Source of the DNA: a virus
IMG/VR virus record: IMGVR_UViG_3300031951_000037
Coordinates: 1 to 64,000 of that record
Reading direction: 5' to 3' (one strand)
DNA length: 64,000 nt
Part shown: positions 18,039 through 30,604 of the stretch, piece by piece
How positions within the stretch are numbered: the stretch's first letter is position 1
Layout: each line of letters begins with the position of its first letter
Translations under genes and position numbers: made by a program
Notes under the pieces: generated by a model
Told to the model about the DNA's origin: nothing
Databases searched by the model: none
What the model saw: the letters and a program-made list of their open reading frames with translations, nothing else

Positions 18039-19853
18039 TCATTCTTCGTAAACCGTCATTTGAATCTTATACGTAGTTACGTTGCTGGTATAAGGTTCAA
18101 CATATAGTGTTACTTGAGGCGGAGCAATAATATTTCCTGGCTGATATCCGACTGTAAAGTTTCCTACCAACCCGTTAATGTTAAGTGTGTTATATTCGTT
18201 ATAATCTAACGTTTCATCATACATAATTGCTGACAATTTACTGACTTGGCGTATGTTGTCAGCCGCTGTAGTGGCGACAATGGTATAATCAACACTAGAT
18301 ACGGTTGCTGCATTCAATGATATTAGCGGCGTTACTGATGTTGTAGATGAGGTTGCGTGTACAACGTTTGACTTAGAAAACTTATAAACACCGGAGCCAA
18401 TCTCAATTGAGTTTGCAGTAAAGTCACCGGCAACATTTAATGTTGTTGTCGCTTTGTTGAATGTAAAGAACGGACTTCCACCGAACAACCCACCATCGTT
18501 GAACTGGACCTGAGTATTTGAGCCACCGGGCACCCCGTTACCGTTAGACGATGACGTTTGCCAAGCTAAGTTACCTGTCCCATCAGTAGTCAGTACTTGA
18601 CCGTTAGTTCCGCCTAGTATGCGAATGTTACCTACAAAGCCTAATGAAACGTTAGGCGAGTTATTAGCTGAGAAGTTTCCTAATACGTTTAATCTGCCTC
18701 CTGCATTCACAGTGAGGTTTGAGCTTACTACTGAACGTATCGTGTTAGTGTTGTCAACAGTTAGTGTGTTTGAGAACTGATTGAATGTAAAGTTTGCAAC
18801 ACCACCAAATACGCCGCCGTCATTGAACTGCACTGTTGTAGAGTTACCGCCGGGTAAGCCTGCGTTAGCATTGTTCTCAATCCAAGACAGGTTTCCTGAA
18901 CCGTCTGTAGCTAGAATATAACCCGGCAGACCGCCACTGATATGAATGTTTGATGGATTACCTAGCGTTACGTTAGGGGAAGAATTGAAGTTGACGTTTC
19001 CTAAACCATTCAGTGTACCAGTGATATTTGCGCGGCCCGAAACAGTGATATTAGCAGCATTAACATTGCCTGATGTATTGAACGTTGCAGCACTGACAAA
19101 CCCAGAAGTAATGATTCCTCCTCCACCGACTGATAGATTAGATAGCACACCTACTTGCGTAATGTTTGCTTGAGTAGGATTGGTTACTGTATTAGCAGTA
19201 GTAGCAACGATCCCTGTCATAAAGAATGCATTACCTAAAACATAAGTACCAGAAACATTTCCGGTAGCAACTACGTTTCCTGCTACACTAACGTTGGTAG
19301 AGGTAATGTTAGCAATAGTAGCGTTAGTAGCAGTTAGATTAGGAGTAGAAACTGTGTTGCCGATAGTTAAAGTGTTAGACGTTTTATTATACATGAATCC
19401 GGCGTCACCGCCAAATACGCCTTGATCGTTGAACTGCACTTGCATATTGGAGCCACCAGGGCTCGTATTGCCTCCGCCATTTCCGCCGCCTGCTACAGAC
19501 CAAGTAAGTCTTCCTTCACCGTCAGTCTGTAAGAAATATCCGTTCTCGCCCCCACTAATAGAGAGTTGAGATACATCACCTAGCGATAGAACATTTCCAT
19601 TCCAAGTTGCATTTGGAATTCCACCAAAGTTACCGTTATTATTGAACTGTAATTGAGTGTTGCTTCCTCCTGGCGGAGTGAGCATTGGTGAACCGTTTGC
19701 AAAATAATATTCGTTTGCGTAAACTTTATTGGCAGATACGTTTCCTGATAGGTTGTTGAAATTAGATATTACATTTCCGTTACTATCAACTACAGCAACC
19801 GCCGGAATACCGACTGAGAAACCACCTAATGAATTAAAATATTCTGCTGCCAT
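18039..19853 (-). CDS. Fibre-like virion protein (604 aa)
   Basis: Four PGGxxxxxQFNxxGxFGG and three GGxxGxxLxTDGxGxLxW repeats. Confidence 0.75.
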   Translation of the reverse strand: MAAEYFNSLGGFSVGIPAVAVVDSNGNVISNFNNLSGNVSANKVYANEYYFANGSPMLTPPGGSNTQLQFNNNGNFGGIPNATWNGNVLSLGDVSQLSISGGENGYFLQTDGEGRLTWSVAGGGNGGGNTSPGGSNMQVQFNDQGVFGGDAGFMYNKTSNTLTIGNTVSTPNLTATNATIANITSTNVSVAGNVVATGNVSGTYVLGNAFFMTGIVATTANTVTNPTQANITQVGVLSNLSVGGGGIITSGFVSAATFNTSGNVNAANITVSGRANITGTLNGLGNVNFNSSPNVTLGNPSNIHISGGLPGYILATDGSGNLSWIENNANAGLPGGNSTTVQFNDGGVFGGVANFTFNQFSNTLTVDNTNTIRSVVSSNLTVNAGGRLNVLGNFSANNSPNVSLGFVGNIRILGGTNGQVLTTDGTGNLAWQTSSSNGNGVPGGSNTQVQFNDGGLFGGSPFFTFNKATTTLNVAGDFTANSIEIGSGVYKFSKSNVVHATSSTTSVTPLISLNAATVSSVDYTIVATTAADNIRQVSKLSAIMYDETLDYNEYNTLNINGLVGNFTVGYQPGNIIAPPQVTLYVEPYTSNVTTYKIQMTVYEE

Positions 19854-19879
19854 GCGAAGGATCCACTATGTTATTAAAG

Positions 19880-19887
19880 TATTTAGC
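19880..19887 (-). promoter_or_regulatory. T4-late-type promoter box GCTAAATA
   Basis: Upstream of ATG 19853. Confidence 0.6.
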
Positions 19888-19933
19888 TGAAAATAATATT
19901 TTGGGAGGTAGAAAAAAGTTTTTAGGTTCGCTT

Positions 19934-19941
19934 TATAAATA
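19934..19941 (+). promoter_or_regulatory. Perfect T4 late promoter TATAAATA, 4 nt before ATG 19946
   Basis: Exact T4 late consensus; no Shine-Dalgarno between box and ATG. Confidence 0.65.
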
Positions 19942-19945
19942 CTTC

Positions 19946-20314
19946 ATGCTTACTCAACAACCTCCCAGACCTATATGCAGTCATTGCAAGTTTGCTCTCG
20001 CTAAACCTAACGGGAAGAGTAAACATGGATTTCAAAAGTGGCACAAGTATTGTGAAGACTGTGCTAAGACAATGTATTCAGGTAGATTCAAACATTTACA
20101 GCATAAGAAAAATGATTGTGAAGAATGTGGATTTGTACCAGAAGATCGTATTCAGCTTGATCTTGTTTATAAGGACGGAAACAAAAAGCACAAAGCGAAG
20201 AAAAATCTCTTGACGCTTTGTGCTAATTGTGCTAGATTGCATAATAAGAAATTGCGTACTGGTAAGAAATCAATACTTAATGCAACAGTTGATGGTGATA
20301 CTAGAATCGCTTAA
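19946..20314 (+). CDS. Zinc-finger HNH-fold protein, catalytically degenerate; start revised to ATG 19946
   Basis: Four CxxC pairs; CEECGF...QLDLVYKDGN...NLLTLCANCARLH follows the HNH layout with His substitutions. Confidence 0.7.
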   Translation: MLTQQPPRPICSHCKFALAKPNGKSKHGFQKWHKYCEDCAKTMYSGRFKHLQHKKNDCEECGFVPEDRIQLDLVYKDGNKKHKAKKNLLTLCANCARLHNKKLRTGKKSILNATVDGDTRIA

Positions 20315-20751
20315 TTGCACCAACTCTGCTTAGCATCACCATAGTATTCTCTTGCATAACCATTTTGTATTAGTAATGCACGAAGGCTATAGCCATCTAA
20401 TATAACGTCACCTAATACACGACCGCCATACTTGTCCCAATCGTATAATACGATTTGACGTTTTTTTGCATTTAATATTAGATTTTTAGTAAAAGCTGTT
20501 GCTGCCTGACCTTTTTGATCTTCCTGAGAACACTTTGATCTAAATCCTTTTTCAGGAGTATCAACTCCATATACCCTAATGCTTAGTTCTTGCTTCAACG
20601 GAGCCGGTAAAAATGTTGCTTTGAAAGCAACAGTATCACCGTCAATCACTCTTATTATTTCAACATCGTAGGTTACGCCAGCTGGTTGCTTTTGTGCGTT
20701 AGCTGCTGTAGCAAAAAATAAAGCAAAAAATATCATCATTATGTTTTTCAT
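20311..20751 (-). CDS. Staphylococcal-nuclease (thermonuclease) family protein with Sec signal peptide
   Basis: DGDT, RVYGVDTPE and DKYGGR motifs are intact; MKN plus hydrophobic core plus ANA-Q cleavage site. Confidence 0.88.
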   Translation of the reverse strand: MKNIMMIFFALFFATAANAQKQPAGVTYDVEIIRVIDGDTVAFKATFLPAPLKQELSIRVYGVDTPEKGFRSKCSQEDQKGQAATAFTKNLILNAKKRQIVLYDWDKYGGRVLGDVILDGYSLRALLIQNGYAREYYGDAKQSWCN

Positions 20752-20770
20752 TGTCTTTCCCTTTTTAGAT

Positions 20771-20800
20771 AAAAGAAAAGGGGACCGAAATCCCCTTTTC
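20771..20800 (-). terminator. Intrinsic terminator after the major capsid gene
   Basis: Perfect 10-bp stem GAAAAGGGGA/TCCCCTTTTC, TTTCGG loop, then a U-run on the minus strand. Confidence 0.85.
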
Positions 20801-20829
20801 CCGGTAGTCGTTGTATAAACGTAACTTTC

Positions 20830-22026
20830 TTATTGGAAAGTCAAGTTCTGAACAGCAATCTCACCAACGTAGTCTGCTGCGTTACCGAATGATGACGCAG
20901 TGTTGGTCAATTCAATGTAACCATAACGTGTCATGAATGATACGACTGGCTCGAAAGTAGTCGGATCAAGGACAACGCCTGAAGACATTAGAGGGATGTA
21001 TGGGCAATAGAACGCTGCTGCGTCTGTTTCGCTTGAACCCTTGTAGCCAACTAGAACTGGCTGAGTGTCTGGAGCGTAGCTGTTTACGAACACTCTCATT
21101 GCACCATTCAAAGTACCAACGAACTTGGTGTTTGTTGGAGCTTCAAATGTACCTTCTGTGGTACGTGCGAATGCTGAGGTTGTTGCTGACTGAAGAACAG
21201 TAAGTGAAGCTGGTGAAACAACAGCCCAGTTACCTGCACCACGACGAGTACGCTGTGCGATCAAGTTTGCAACGCGGTTGATGAGAACTGCAAGAGCAGC
21301 GTGTTCGTCACCAACGTAAGTAGCAGTACCTGAAACAGTTGCCTGGTTGTAGGTGAATTCAGTTGAAGCAAGAGTTGCCAAGCTGAGCAAGATTTCCTGG
21401 TCAATTTCAGCAGTGATTTCTTGTGCGAGAGCAGCCATAATTTCTGCTTCAACGTCAATACCATGCTGTGACTGTGCGTCCTGAGCAGCTTCGAAGGTCC
21501 AGCGAGCCTGGAGCTTACGTGACTTGGCTTCAACAGCCTGACGTAGAATCTGCACAGAAATCTGCTTACCACCGTTACCTTCTAGAGCAGCAGTGTTAGC
21601 ACCGGTGTAGAAATCGGTGTCAGTTGCGTCTGAAGGAACTCGTGAGTATGCCTGTGCGATCTTGAATGGGCTGAGTGCTTCTTCACCAGCAGTTACAGAA
21701 GTTGCTGCTGCTGAGTTGTCGGTCAAGCTATTTGCATAGCGAACACGTAGAGTGTGAATCTGACCAACTGGGCCGGTCATTGGCTGCACACCAACTAGTT
21801 CGTTAGCGATAACAGTTGGCATAACACGACGGATTACTGGAAGAATAACGCGGTTTAGAGTTGCGATATTACCAGCAGTTGTTGTACCGGCTGAGCTTTC
21901 AGCAAGTAGCTGCTTCTTGGTGTTCTCAAGAAGAACACCCATTGTTGAGCGACGATTGCCCTTTAAGCCTTCAAGCAGGGCGTCCTTGGTTTCGTCCCAA
22001 CGGCTTTCTAAAAGTACTTTTGACAT
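20830..22026 (-). CDS. gp23: Major capsid protein, T4 gp23-like; start revised to ATG 22026
   Basis: LPVIRRVMP, VGVQPMTGP, RKLQARWTFEAAQD, EITAEIDQE, YCPYIPL and TRYG motifs; SD AGGAG before MSKVLLE. Confidence 0.95.
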   Translation of the reverse strand: MSKVLLESRWDETKDALLEGLKGNRRSTMGVLLENTKKQLLAESSAGTTTAGNIATLNRVILPVIRRVMPTVIANELVGVQPMTGPVGQIHTLRVRYANSLTDNSAAATSVTAGEEALSPFKIAQAYSRVPSDATDTDFYTGANTAALEGNGGKQISVQILRQAVEAKSRKLQARWTFEAAQDAQSQHGIDVEAEIMAALAQEITAEIDQEILLSLATLASTEFTYNQATVSGTATYVGDEHAALAVLINRVANLIAQRTRRGAGNWAVVSPASLTVLQSATTSAFARTTEGTFEAPTNTKFVGTLNGAMRVFVNSYAPDTQPVLVGYKGSSETDAAAFYCPYIPLMSSGVVLDPTTFEPVVSFMTRYGYIELTNTASSFGNAADYVGEIAVQNLTFQ

Positions 22027-22057
22027 GTATAATTCTCCTAATATGTCTTTTTTTAAA

Positions 22058-23167
22058 TTAAAGCCCTGCCAGACGCTTAATGTCAATTACGTTGTCGTCA
22101 ACTTCATCAACTTCAATTGTCTTTGTAGTGGCAGTTTTATCACCAGTTGCTTCTACAATAACAGACTTAGTGGGAGTCTTCTTTTCAGCAATTGCTTCCA
22201 CTGAACCTGTATTGAGAACGGCTGGTAGATACTTATCGAAAGCGTGCTGTAGACGAGGTGTCTGTACGCTTTCTAGTAAAGTCTTCATTACTTGCTTCTT
22301 CTCCTCATTGAGTGGTGCAAGAAGTTCATTCATGACCTTAGCTCTCTGAGTTGATTCTTTAATAATTCTGACTTCACGATCCTTTGATTCTACAAGCTTT
22401 GCTGCATTTTGTAGCTTAGCTGTAGCCTCTGCTAGCTGTCTGTCCTTTGCTTCAAGCTGTTGCATAATCTTGCGAGTTTCAGCCTTATCATTTAGATAAG
22501 TTACTGAGAATTCGCTAGCAAAAGCTTCAAACAACCTACGTCCAAAGTTATTTTCTCTAGCAGACTGGATATCTTCTTTAAGCTGTGATAGTTCACTCTT
22601 GAGGTGAGTTCCGACCATACCGCTAACCTTCTTAGCACTTTCAGCAACAAACTTTGCCTTGAGTGCTTCCAATTGCTTGCGGCCTTCAGCAACGAGTTGA
22701 ACCTTAGCTTCAACAACAGCCTGTCTATCCTGAGCGAATTCTTTGATTTCGCGGGCTAGAGCATGTACGATGAACTTCTCAAGTTTTTCTTGACCTTCCA
22801 TCTGAGCCTTGCGATCTGCACGTAGTTCACGGATTTCTTCGGCTAACTTTGTAACCATAAAGTCATTGAACTTTGTTGCATTTTCACGAAGCTTAAACTG
22901 TGCTTTAACTCTTTCTTCATTCATTGCCTGTCTTTCAGCACGAAATTCTTGAATTTCTTCTGAAAGATTTTCGGTCATCATCTTGTCAAGAGCTTCAACC
23001 ATCACGCTACGATCATGTTCATAACGTTGTGCAAATTCCTCACGGAGTTCTGCACGAACTTGTTCACGAGCTTCATTCAACTTAATTTCCCAGGCTTCGT
23101 TTAACTGCTGCCCGATATCTTCGTTGATGAGACCGCTTTCAAGTAATGGCTTAATAGCATCTAACAT
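22058..23167 (-). CDS. Prohead core/scaffold protein, gp22-like (369 aa)
   Basis: E/K/A-rich coiled coil lying between the protease and MCP genes, as in T4 gene order 21-22-23. Confidence 0.75.
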   Translation of the reverse strand: MLDAIKPLLESGLINEDIGQQLNEAWEIKLNEAREQVRAELREEFAQRYEHDRSVMVEALDKMMTENLSEEIQEFRAERQAMNEERVKAQFKLRENATKFNDFMVTKLAEEIRELRADRKAQMEGQEKLEKFIVHALAREIKEFAQDRQAVVEAKVQLVAEGRKQLEALKAKFVAESAKKVSGMVGTHLKSELSQLKEDIQSARENNFGRRLFEAFASEFSVTYLNDKAETRKIMQQLEAKDRQLAEATAKLQNAAKLVESKDREVRIIKESTQRAKVMNELLAPLNEEKKQVMKTLLESVQTPRLQHAFDKYLPAVLNTGSVEAIAEKKTPTKSVIVEATGDKTATTKTIEVDEVDDNVIDIKRLAGL

Positions 23168-23182
23168 TTGTTTGATTCCTTT

Positions 23183-23821
23183 TTATATCTTAAGTTCATT
23201 GATGAGACGCTTTACTTCCTCACCAAGGAATCGTTGTACTCTTTTGTCGCCCTGAGCTTCCTTAGCAATTTCAAGCATTTTATGTCCATGCTTCATATTC
23301 ATGAGACTTTCATAAATTGCTTTGGGGTATGCATTTGGTGCACTAGGTTGGGCGACGATATCAACAGTGATGATTTCAAAATCACTGACTCTACCATCCA
23401 TATCGTTGACGTTTCCGCTTCCTCTACTGGATACACCTAGTTTTACACCTGACTCCAACATCGTTCTTACTAATTGACCCATTGGAGTAGGAAGAATCTT
23501 TAGTTTACCATAACCATTGGCGCCGTCCATCCACATGCTTGTAATCATGTGTGATACACGGTCTAGGTTAATTTTTAGATCATCTGGGTGATCAACTTCA
23601 CCCAAAACTGAATAGCCTTCTGAGATTTGCTTGTTTAGAGTATCTACGGCATTTTCAATTTCATTGACGGGGTAAATACGCTCGTTTGCGTTTTTTACCC
23701 CGCCCTGAATGAAAATCCCCTTCATGTAGAGGGTCTTAAAATCAGTGCCCTCTTCACGAATTGATTCAACCACCATTCCTGCGCGGTCAAACGTTAGATT
23801 TTCTCTGAGATACAAAGCCAT
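23183..23821 (-). CDS. gp21: Prohead protease, T4 gp21-like
   Basis: GIFIQGGVKNAN.RIY, LGEVDHP, LGVSSRGSG and DIVAQPSAPNAY motifs. Confidence 0.95.
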   Translation of the reverse strand: MALYLRENLTFDRAGMVVESIREEGTDFKTLYMKGIFIQGGVKNANERIYPVNEIENAVDTLNKQISEGYSVLGEVDHPDDLKINLDRVSHMITSMWMDGANGYGKLKILPTPMGQLVRTMLESGVKLGVSSRGSGNVNDMDGRVSDFEIITVDIVAQPSAPNAYPKAIYESLMNMKHGHKMLEIAKEAQGDKRVQRFLGEEVKRLINELKI

Positions 23822-23836
23822 TCTCTCAGTTTCCTA

Positions 23837-24673
23837 TTAGCGAATTGGTCTACGTGCTGAACTACGTGATTCAGCTACTGGGCTCTTAGTGTTCTGACCA
23901 TCATCACCGTGCTTTGGCTTTGGTGCTGAGTCAAGATCCTGTGACTTGTGACCTGGAGCGTTCTTGAACTTTCCTGCGTGAGGAACTTCCTTTTCGCCCT
24001 TAGCATAGAAGTTGTTTGGAGCCTTAGGAGCAGTTGGAACTGATTCATGTGCGCCAGCAAACTTCACTGGGTGACTGTCCATTCCAGCTTGACCTGAGTT
24101 CTGTAGGCCTGGGCTCTTGGTCTGTGCACCGTTATCGCCGTGAGTTACAGAAACCTTCTGTAGCTGAACAGCTTCCATCACTGACTCGTCCATGTCTTCT
24201 TCGTCTTCAGCTTCGGTTACTTCTTCTTCAGCGTCAAAGTCCATTTCTTCTTCGCCTTCGTCGCCCATGTCATCATCGGCGCCGCCGCCCATAATGTCTT
24301 CAAACTCTGCCATCAACTGGTCAAGCTTGTCTTCAATACGAATTACAGCGTCTTCAACTTCTTCGCCGCCTTCGTCACCGAAGTCTTCTTCACCTTCGTC
24401 GCCGCCGAATTCAAATTCTTCTTCGTCATCTGCGAAGTCTAGTTCTTCTTCTTCCTCAGTAACGCCAGCTTCTTCTGCATTGATTTCGTCAAGTAGATCA
24501 CCTACTTGTCCGCCCATGCCTTCGTCCATATCGTCTTCCATTTCTTCGGCCATGATTGACTCAAAGATTTCTCTTGACTTTTCTACAACGATTTCGTGAA
24601 ATAGTTCGCGGGCTTGTTCTTCATTTTCATTGATCACTAGATTGATCAATTCTTCATACTTTTTAATATCCAT
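23837..24673 (-). CDS. Highly acidic head-morphogenesis/internal protein; start revised to ATG 24673
   Basis: SD AGGAG before MDIKKY; D/E-rich middle; located between portal and protease. Confidence 0.65.
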   Translation of the reverse strand: MDIKKYEELINLVINENEEQARELFHEIVVEKSREIFESIMAEEMEDDMDEGMGGQVGDLLDEINAEEAGVTEEEEELDFADDEEEFEFGGDEGEEDFGDEGGEEVEDAVIRIEDKLDQLMAEFEDIMGGGADDDMGDEGEEEMDFDAEEEVTEAEDEEDMDESVMEAVQLQKVSVTHGDNGAQTKSPGLQNSGQAGMDSHPVKFAGAHESVPTAPKAPNNFYAKGEKEVPHAGKFKNAPGHKSQDLDSAPKPKHGDDGQNTKSPVAESRSSARRPIR

Positions 24674-24708
24674 TGAAATTTCTCCTGATACAAATGGCTT
24701 TGTAGAAT

Positions 24709-24716
24709 TACTTATG
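24709..24716 (-). promoter_or_regulatory. Variant late box CATAAGTA
   Basis: Upstream of ATG 24673; same AAGTA variant as 49524-49531. Confidence 0.4.
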
Positions 24717-24777
24717 CCATAGTCAGAAAAAGTACTCAATAACTATGTATTTTTTGAGTTTTTAGTATAGATATATG

Positions 24778-25011
24778 TTAGAGCGAAGGTCCGCCAGCCT
24801 GTTGTTCTGGTTTTGCACCATATTGTTTGCGGACATTTTCTAAATATTTTTTCTTTTCGTAATTTCTTACGTCTAACATTCTACGTAATTTACGAATTTG
24901 TTTTAGTGTTAATTTTGTTTTTCTTGATGTTCTATACACAGGCTTACTATTGTCAGAATTGACATCCTGTAAACCATTAACGGGAGCATCGAACATTTCT
25001 AATAGTTGCAT
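24778..25011 (-). CDS. Small basic head-region protein (77 aa)
   Basis: RKTKLTLKQIRKLRRM...VRKQYG; lies directly after the portal gene. Confidence 0.65.
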   Translation of the reverse strand: MQLLEMFDAPVNGLQDVNSDNSKPVYRTSRKTKLTLKQIRKLRRMLDVRNYEKKKYLENVRKQYGAKPEQQAGGPSL

Positions 25012-25016
25012 AAAAC

Positions 25017-25024
25017 TATTTATC
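25017..25024 (-). promoter_or_regulatory. Late box GATAAATA, 5 nt before ATG 25011
   Basis: No SD; geometry fits a leaderless transcript. Confidence 0.6.
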
Positions 25025-25026
25025 TT

Positions 25027-26814
25027 TTAGATTTGCATTCCGCCGCCACCAACGGGTCCTGCTGCTCCACCTGGAACTGCTTCTCCGCCAGCGCCGCCGA
25101 CAGGACCAGCTACTTCTGGACCCATGTCACCCATTTCTTCACTTGATTCAATTTCATCGGCTGTTTCTAAATCTGTAGTGAAGTCGCCGGTTGATACACC
25201 GATATTGCGAAGGTCACTTCCTGATGGCTCATTAACAACTTCTTCTTTGTTTTCTTCTTCCCAAAGCTTTTCGTTGCGCTTAATTTCTTCTTCGGTTAGA
25301 CCTAAGAAACGCTCCATTGCAAATCTCTTTGAAATGTAAGGTAATGCTTCCATGCTAGAAAATGTACCAACTCGTGCGTTGTCTAGTTCGCTTTGACGAT
25401 ATGCAGCAAAGTTTTGCGGAGGATTGAATACTAATTGGAACAGACTTGTATCAATGTTGAAGCCTCTCCAGCGCAAGAATAGTTTGAATTCTTCGTCAAA
25501 CTTCAATGCCATGTAGTTCTGTAGACGTTCGCAATACTGGTTGAATCTAAATTCTTGAATCATAGCAGTACCAACACGACCATCACTCAATGGTGTAGTA
25601 TTGTCATCGGGGCCAGTTGGCAAGTATGATGACGGAACACGTAGACCACGAGCAAGACGATTGTTGAAGTAACGCAAGTCATCAATCTCGCCTAAGTTTT
25701 GCCCACCTGGAAGAACTTCAACGCTTGAACCACGACCTTCTGCTGTTACTGGGAAGAAGTAGTCTTCGTTCATTGATAATGGGTTGTACGTAGCGTCAAC
25801 AATACTTGCGCCACCATACAATGAAGGGATTCTGCGCTGGTGAATTTCGTTCTTAACACGTTCTACGAATGCCATTGCTAAGTGACTTGGCATGTTACCA
25901 ACGTCAATCTTGAACATTCTACGTTCAGGAGCACGTTGTACACGATAGATTAGAACAGCGTCTTCTAATAGTTCTTTCTGCTTGTAGACCTTAAAGATGT
26001 TCTCTAGCACTGACTGACCAAAGGGCCAAAATCTGTCAAGCCCCTCTGTCAAACTCAAGTGAACTATATGCTTACCGTCTACCGCAGACTCACTCTGTCC
26101 TAATGTAAAACGTGAACCCGTAGTGTTATATGGCATTGCAGGAACAGTATAAGGAGTGTTGGTGCCACCACCTGTACCTCCTAACCCTGTAGCAGGATTA
26201 GCAGCGAAGTCGGTATTCGTCTTTTGTGCAACGCTCAAGTTTTGTAGGTTAATATTGATATCTTTGATGACATACTGTTCAGGTAACTTACCTTCACTTT
26301 CGTTAACGATTACCTTAATAACCTTAACCATGTCAACCCAATAAAGTTTAAAGTTTTCGGGATCACGTACAAATACTTGATCCCCATACTTAATAACGTT
26401 ACGGAAAATCTTGAACATACGAACATCAAACTCATTGAGCTTGCACCATTGCTGCAATTGCTTAGTCAACAGTTCTACTTCGTGAGGAGTAGGGTCTTCT
26501 TTGAATTCAAAGCTGAATGGAGTCTTGTTATGTTCATTTCTTTGAGTTGAGAATTCTGCAATGATATCTAAACATGCATTGATTTCAGCGTCAACATCCA
26601 TCATTTCATATTGGTTGTAACGCTCAATTCTGTTTGGGTGACCTGTATAGACTTCTGGAAGTCTAGACATATAGTTCTTATAACCGAATTCAGTATTGTT
26701 GTACCCACCAGTAGGCATTCCATTCTGACCATTCCAAGCACCGCTATTACTGTTAATGCCAGAAATAGGGCTTGAAACACCGCTCTTGTTTAAAAACTTT
26801 TTCTTATATGCCAT
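25027..26814 (-). CDS. gp20: Portal protein, T4 gp20-like (595 aa)
   Basis: LLEDAVLIYRVQRAPERRMFKIDVGNMP, EDYFFP, GRGSSVEVLPGGQNLGEIDDLRYF and ALRVPSSYL-like motifs. Confidence 0.95.
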   Translation of the reverse strand: MAYKKKFLNKSGVSSPISGINSNSGAWNGQNGMPTGGYNNTEFGYKNYMSRLPEVYTGHPNRIERYNQYEMMDVDAEINACLDIIAEFSTQRNEHNKTPFSFEFKEDPTPHEVELLTKQLQQWCKLNEFDVRMFKIFRNVIKYGDQVFVRDPENFKLYWVDMVKVIKVIVNESEGKLPEQYVIKDININLQNLSVAQKTNTDFAANPATGLGGTGGGTNTPYTVPAMPYNTTGSRFTLGQSESAVDGKHIVHLSLTEGLDRFWPFGQSVLENIFKVYKQKELLEDAVLIYRVQRAPERRMFKIDVGNMPSHLAMAFVERVKNEIHQRRIPSLYGGASIVDATYNPLSMNEDYFFPVTAEGRGSSVEVLPGGQNLGEIDDLRYFNNRLARGLRVPSSYLPTGPDDNTTPLSDGRVGTAMIQEFRFNQYCERLQNYMALKFDEEFKLFLRWRGFNIDTSLFQLVFNPPQNFAAYRQSELDNARVGTFSSMEALPYISKRFAMERFLGLTEEEIKRNEKLWEEENKEEVVNEPSGSDLRNIGVSTGDFTTDLETADEIESSEEMGDMGPEVAGPVGGAGGEAVPGGAAGPVGGGGMQI

Positions 26815-26841
26815 AGGTAGAATTCTTCACTTTTCAATCAG

Positions 26842-26849
26842 TATTTATG
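26842..26849 (-). promoter_or_regulatory. Late box CATAAATA
   Basis: Intergenic, upstream of the portal ATG 26814. Confidence 0.6.
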
Positions 26850-26852
26850 TTA

Positions 26853-30509
<3,657 letters not shown>

Positions 30510-30549
30510 ACTTGTACTTCCAAAGTTTTAAAATTGGGCGTTTTTTACC

Positions 30550-30571
30550 AATAAATATATTATTATTTAGT
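30550..30571. promoter_or_regulatory. Face-to-face late boxes: AATAAATA (+, 30550-57) and ACTAAATA (-, 30564-71)
   Basis: Lie in the divergent intergenic region between the tape-measure and chaperone genes. Confidence 0.55.
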
Positions 30572-30604
30572 ACTAAAATTTATCCAAACTAGTAAGGAAA
30601 AAAC

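Noticed and set aside
24034-24599. Ser-rich 135-aa and 86-aa plus-strand ORFs
   Set aside because: Antisense to the GAA/GAC-rich acidic head gene.
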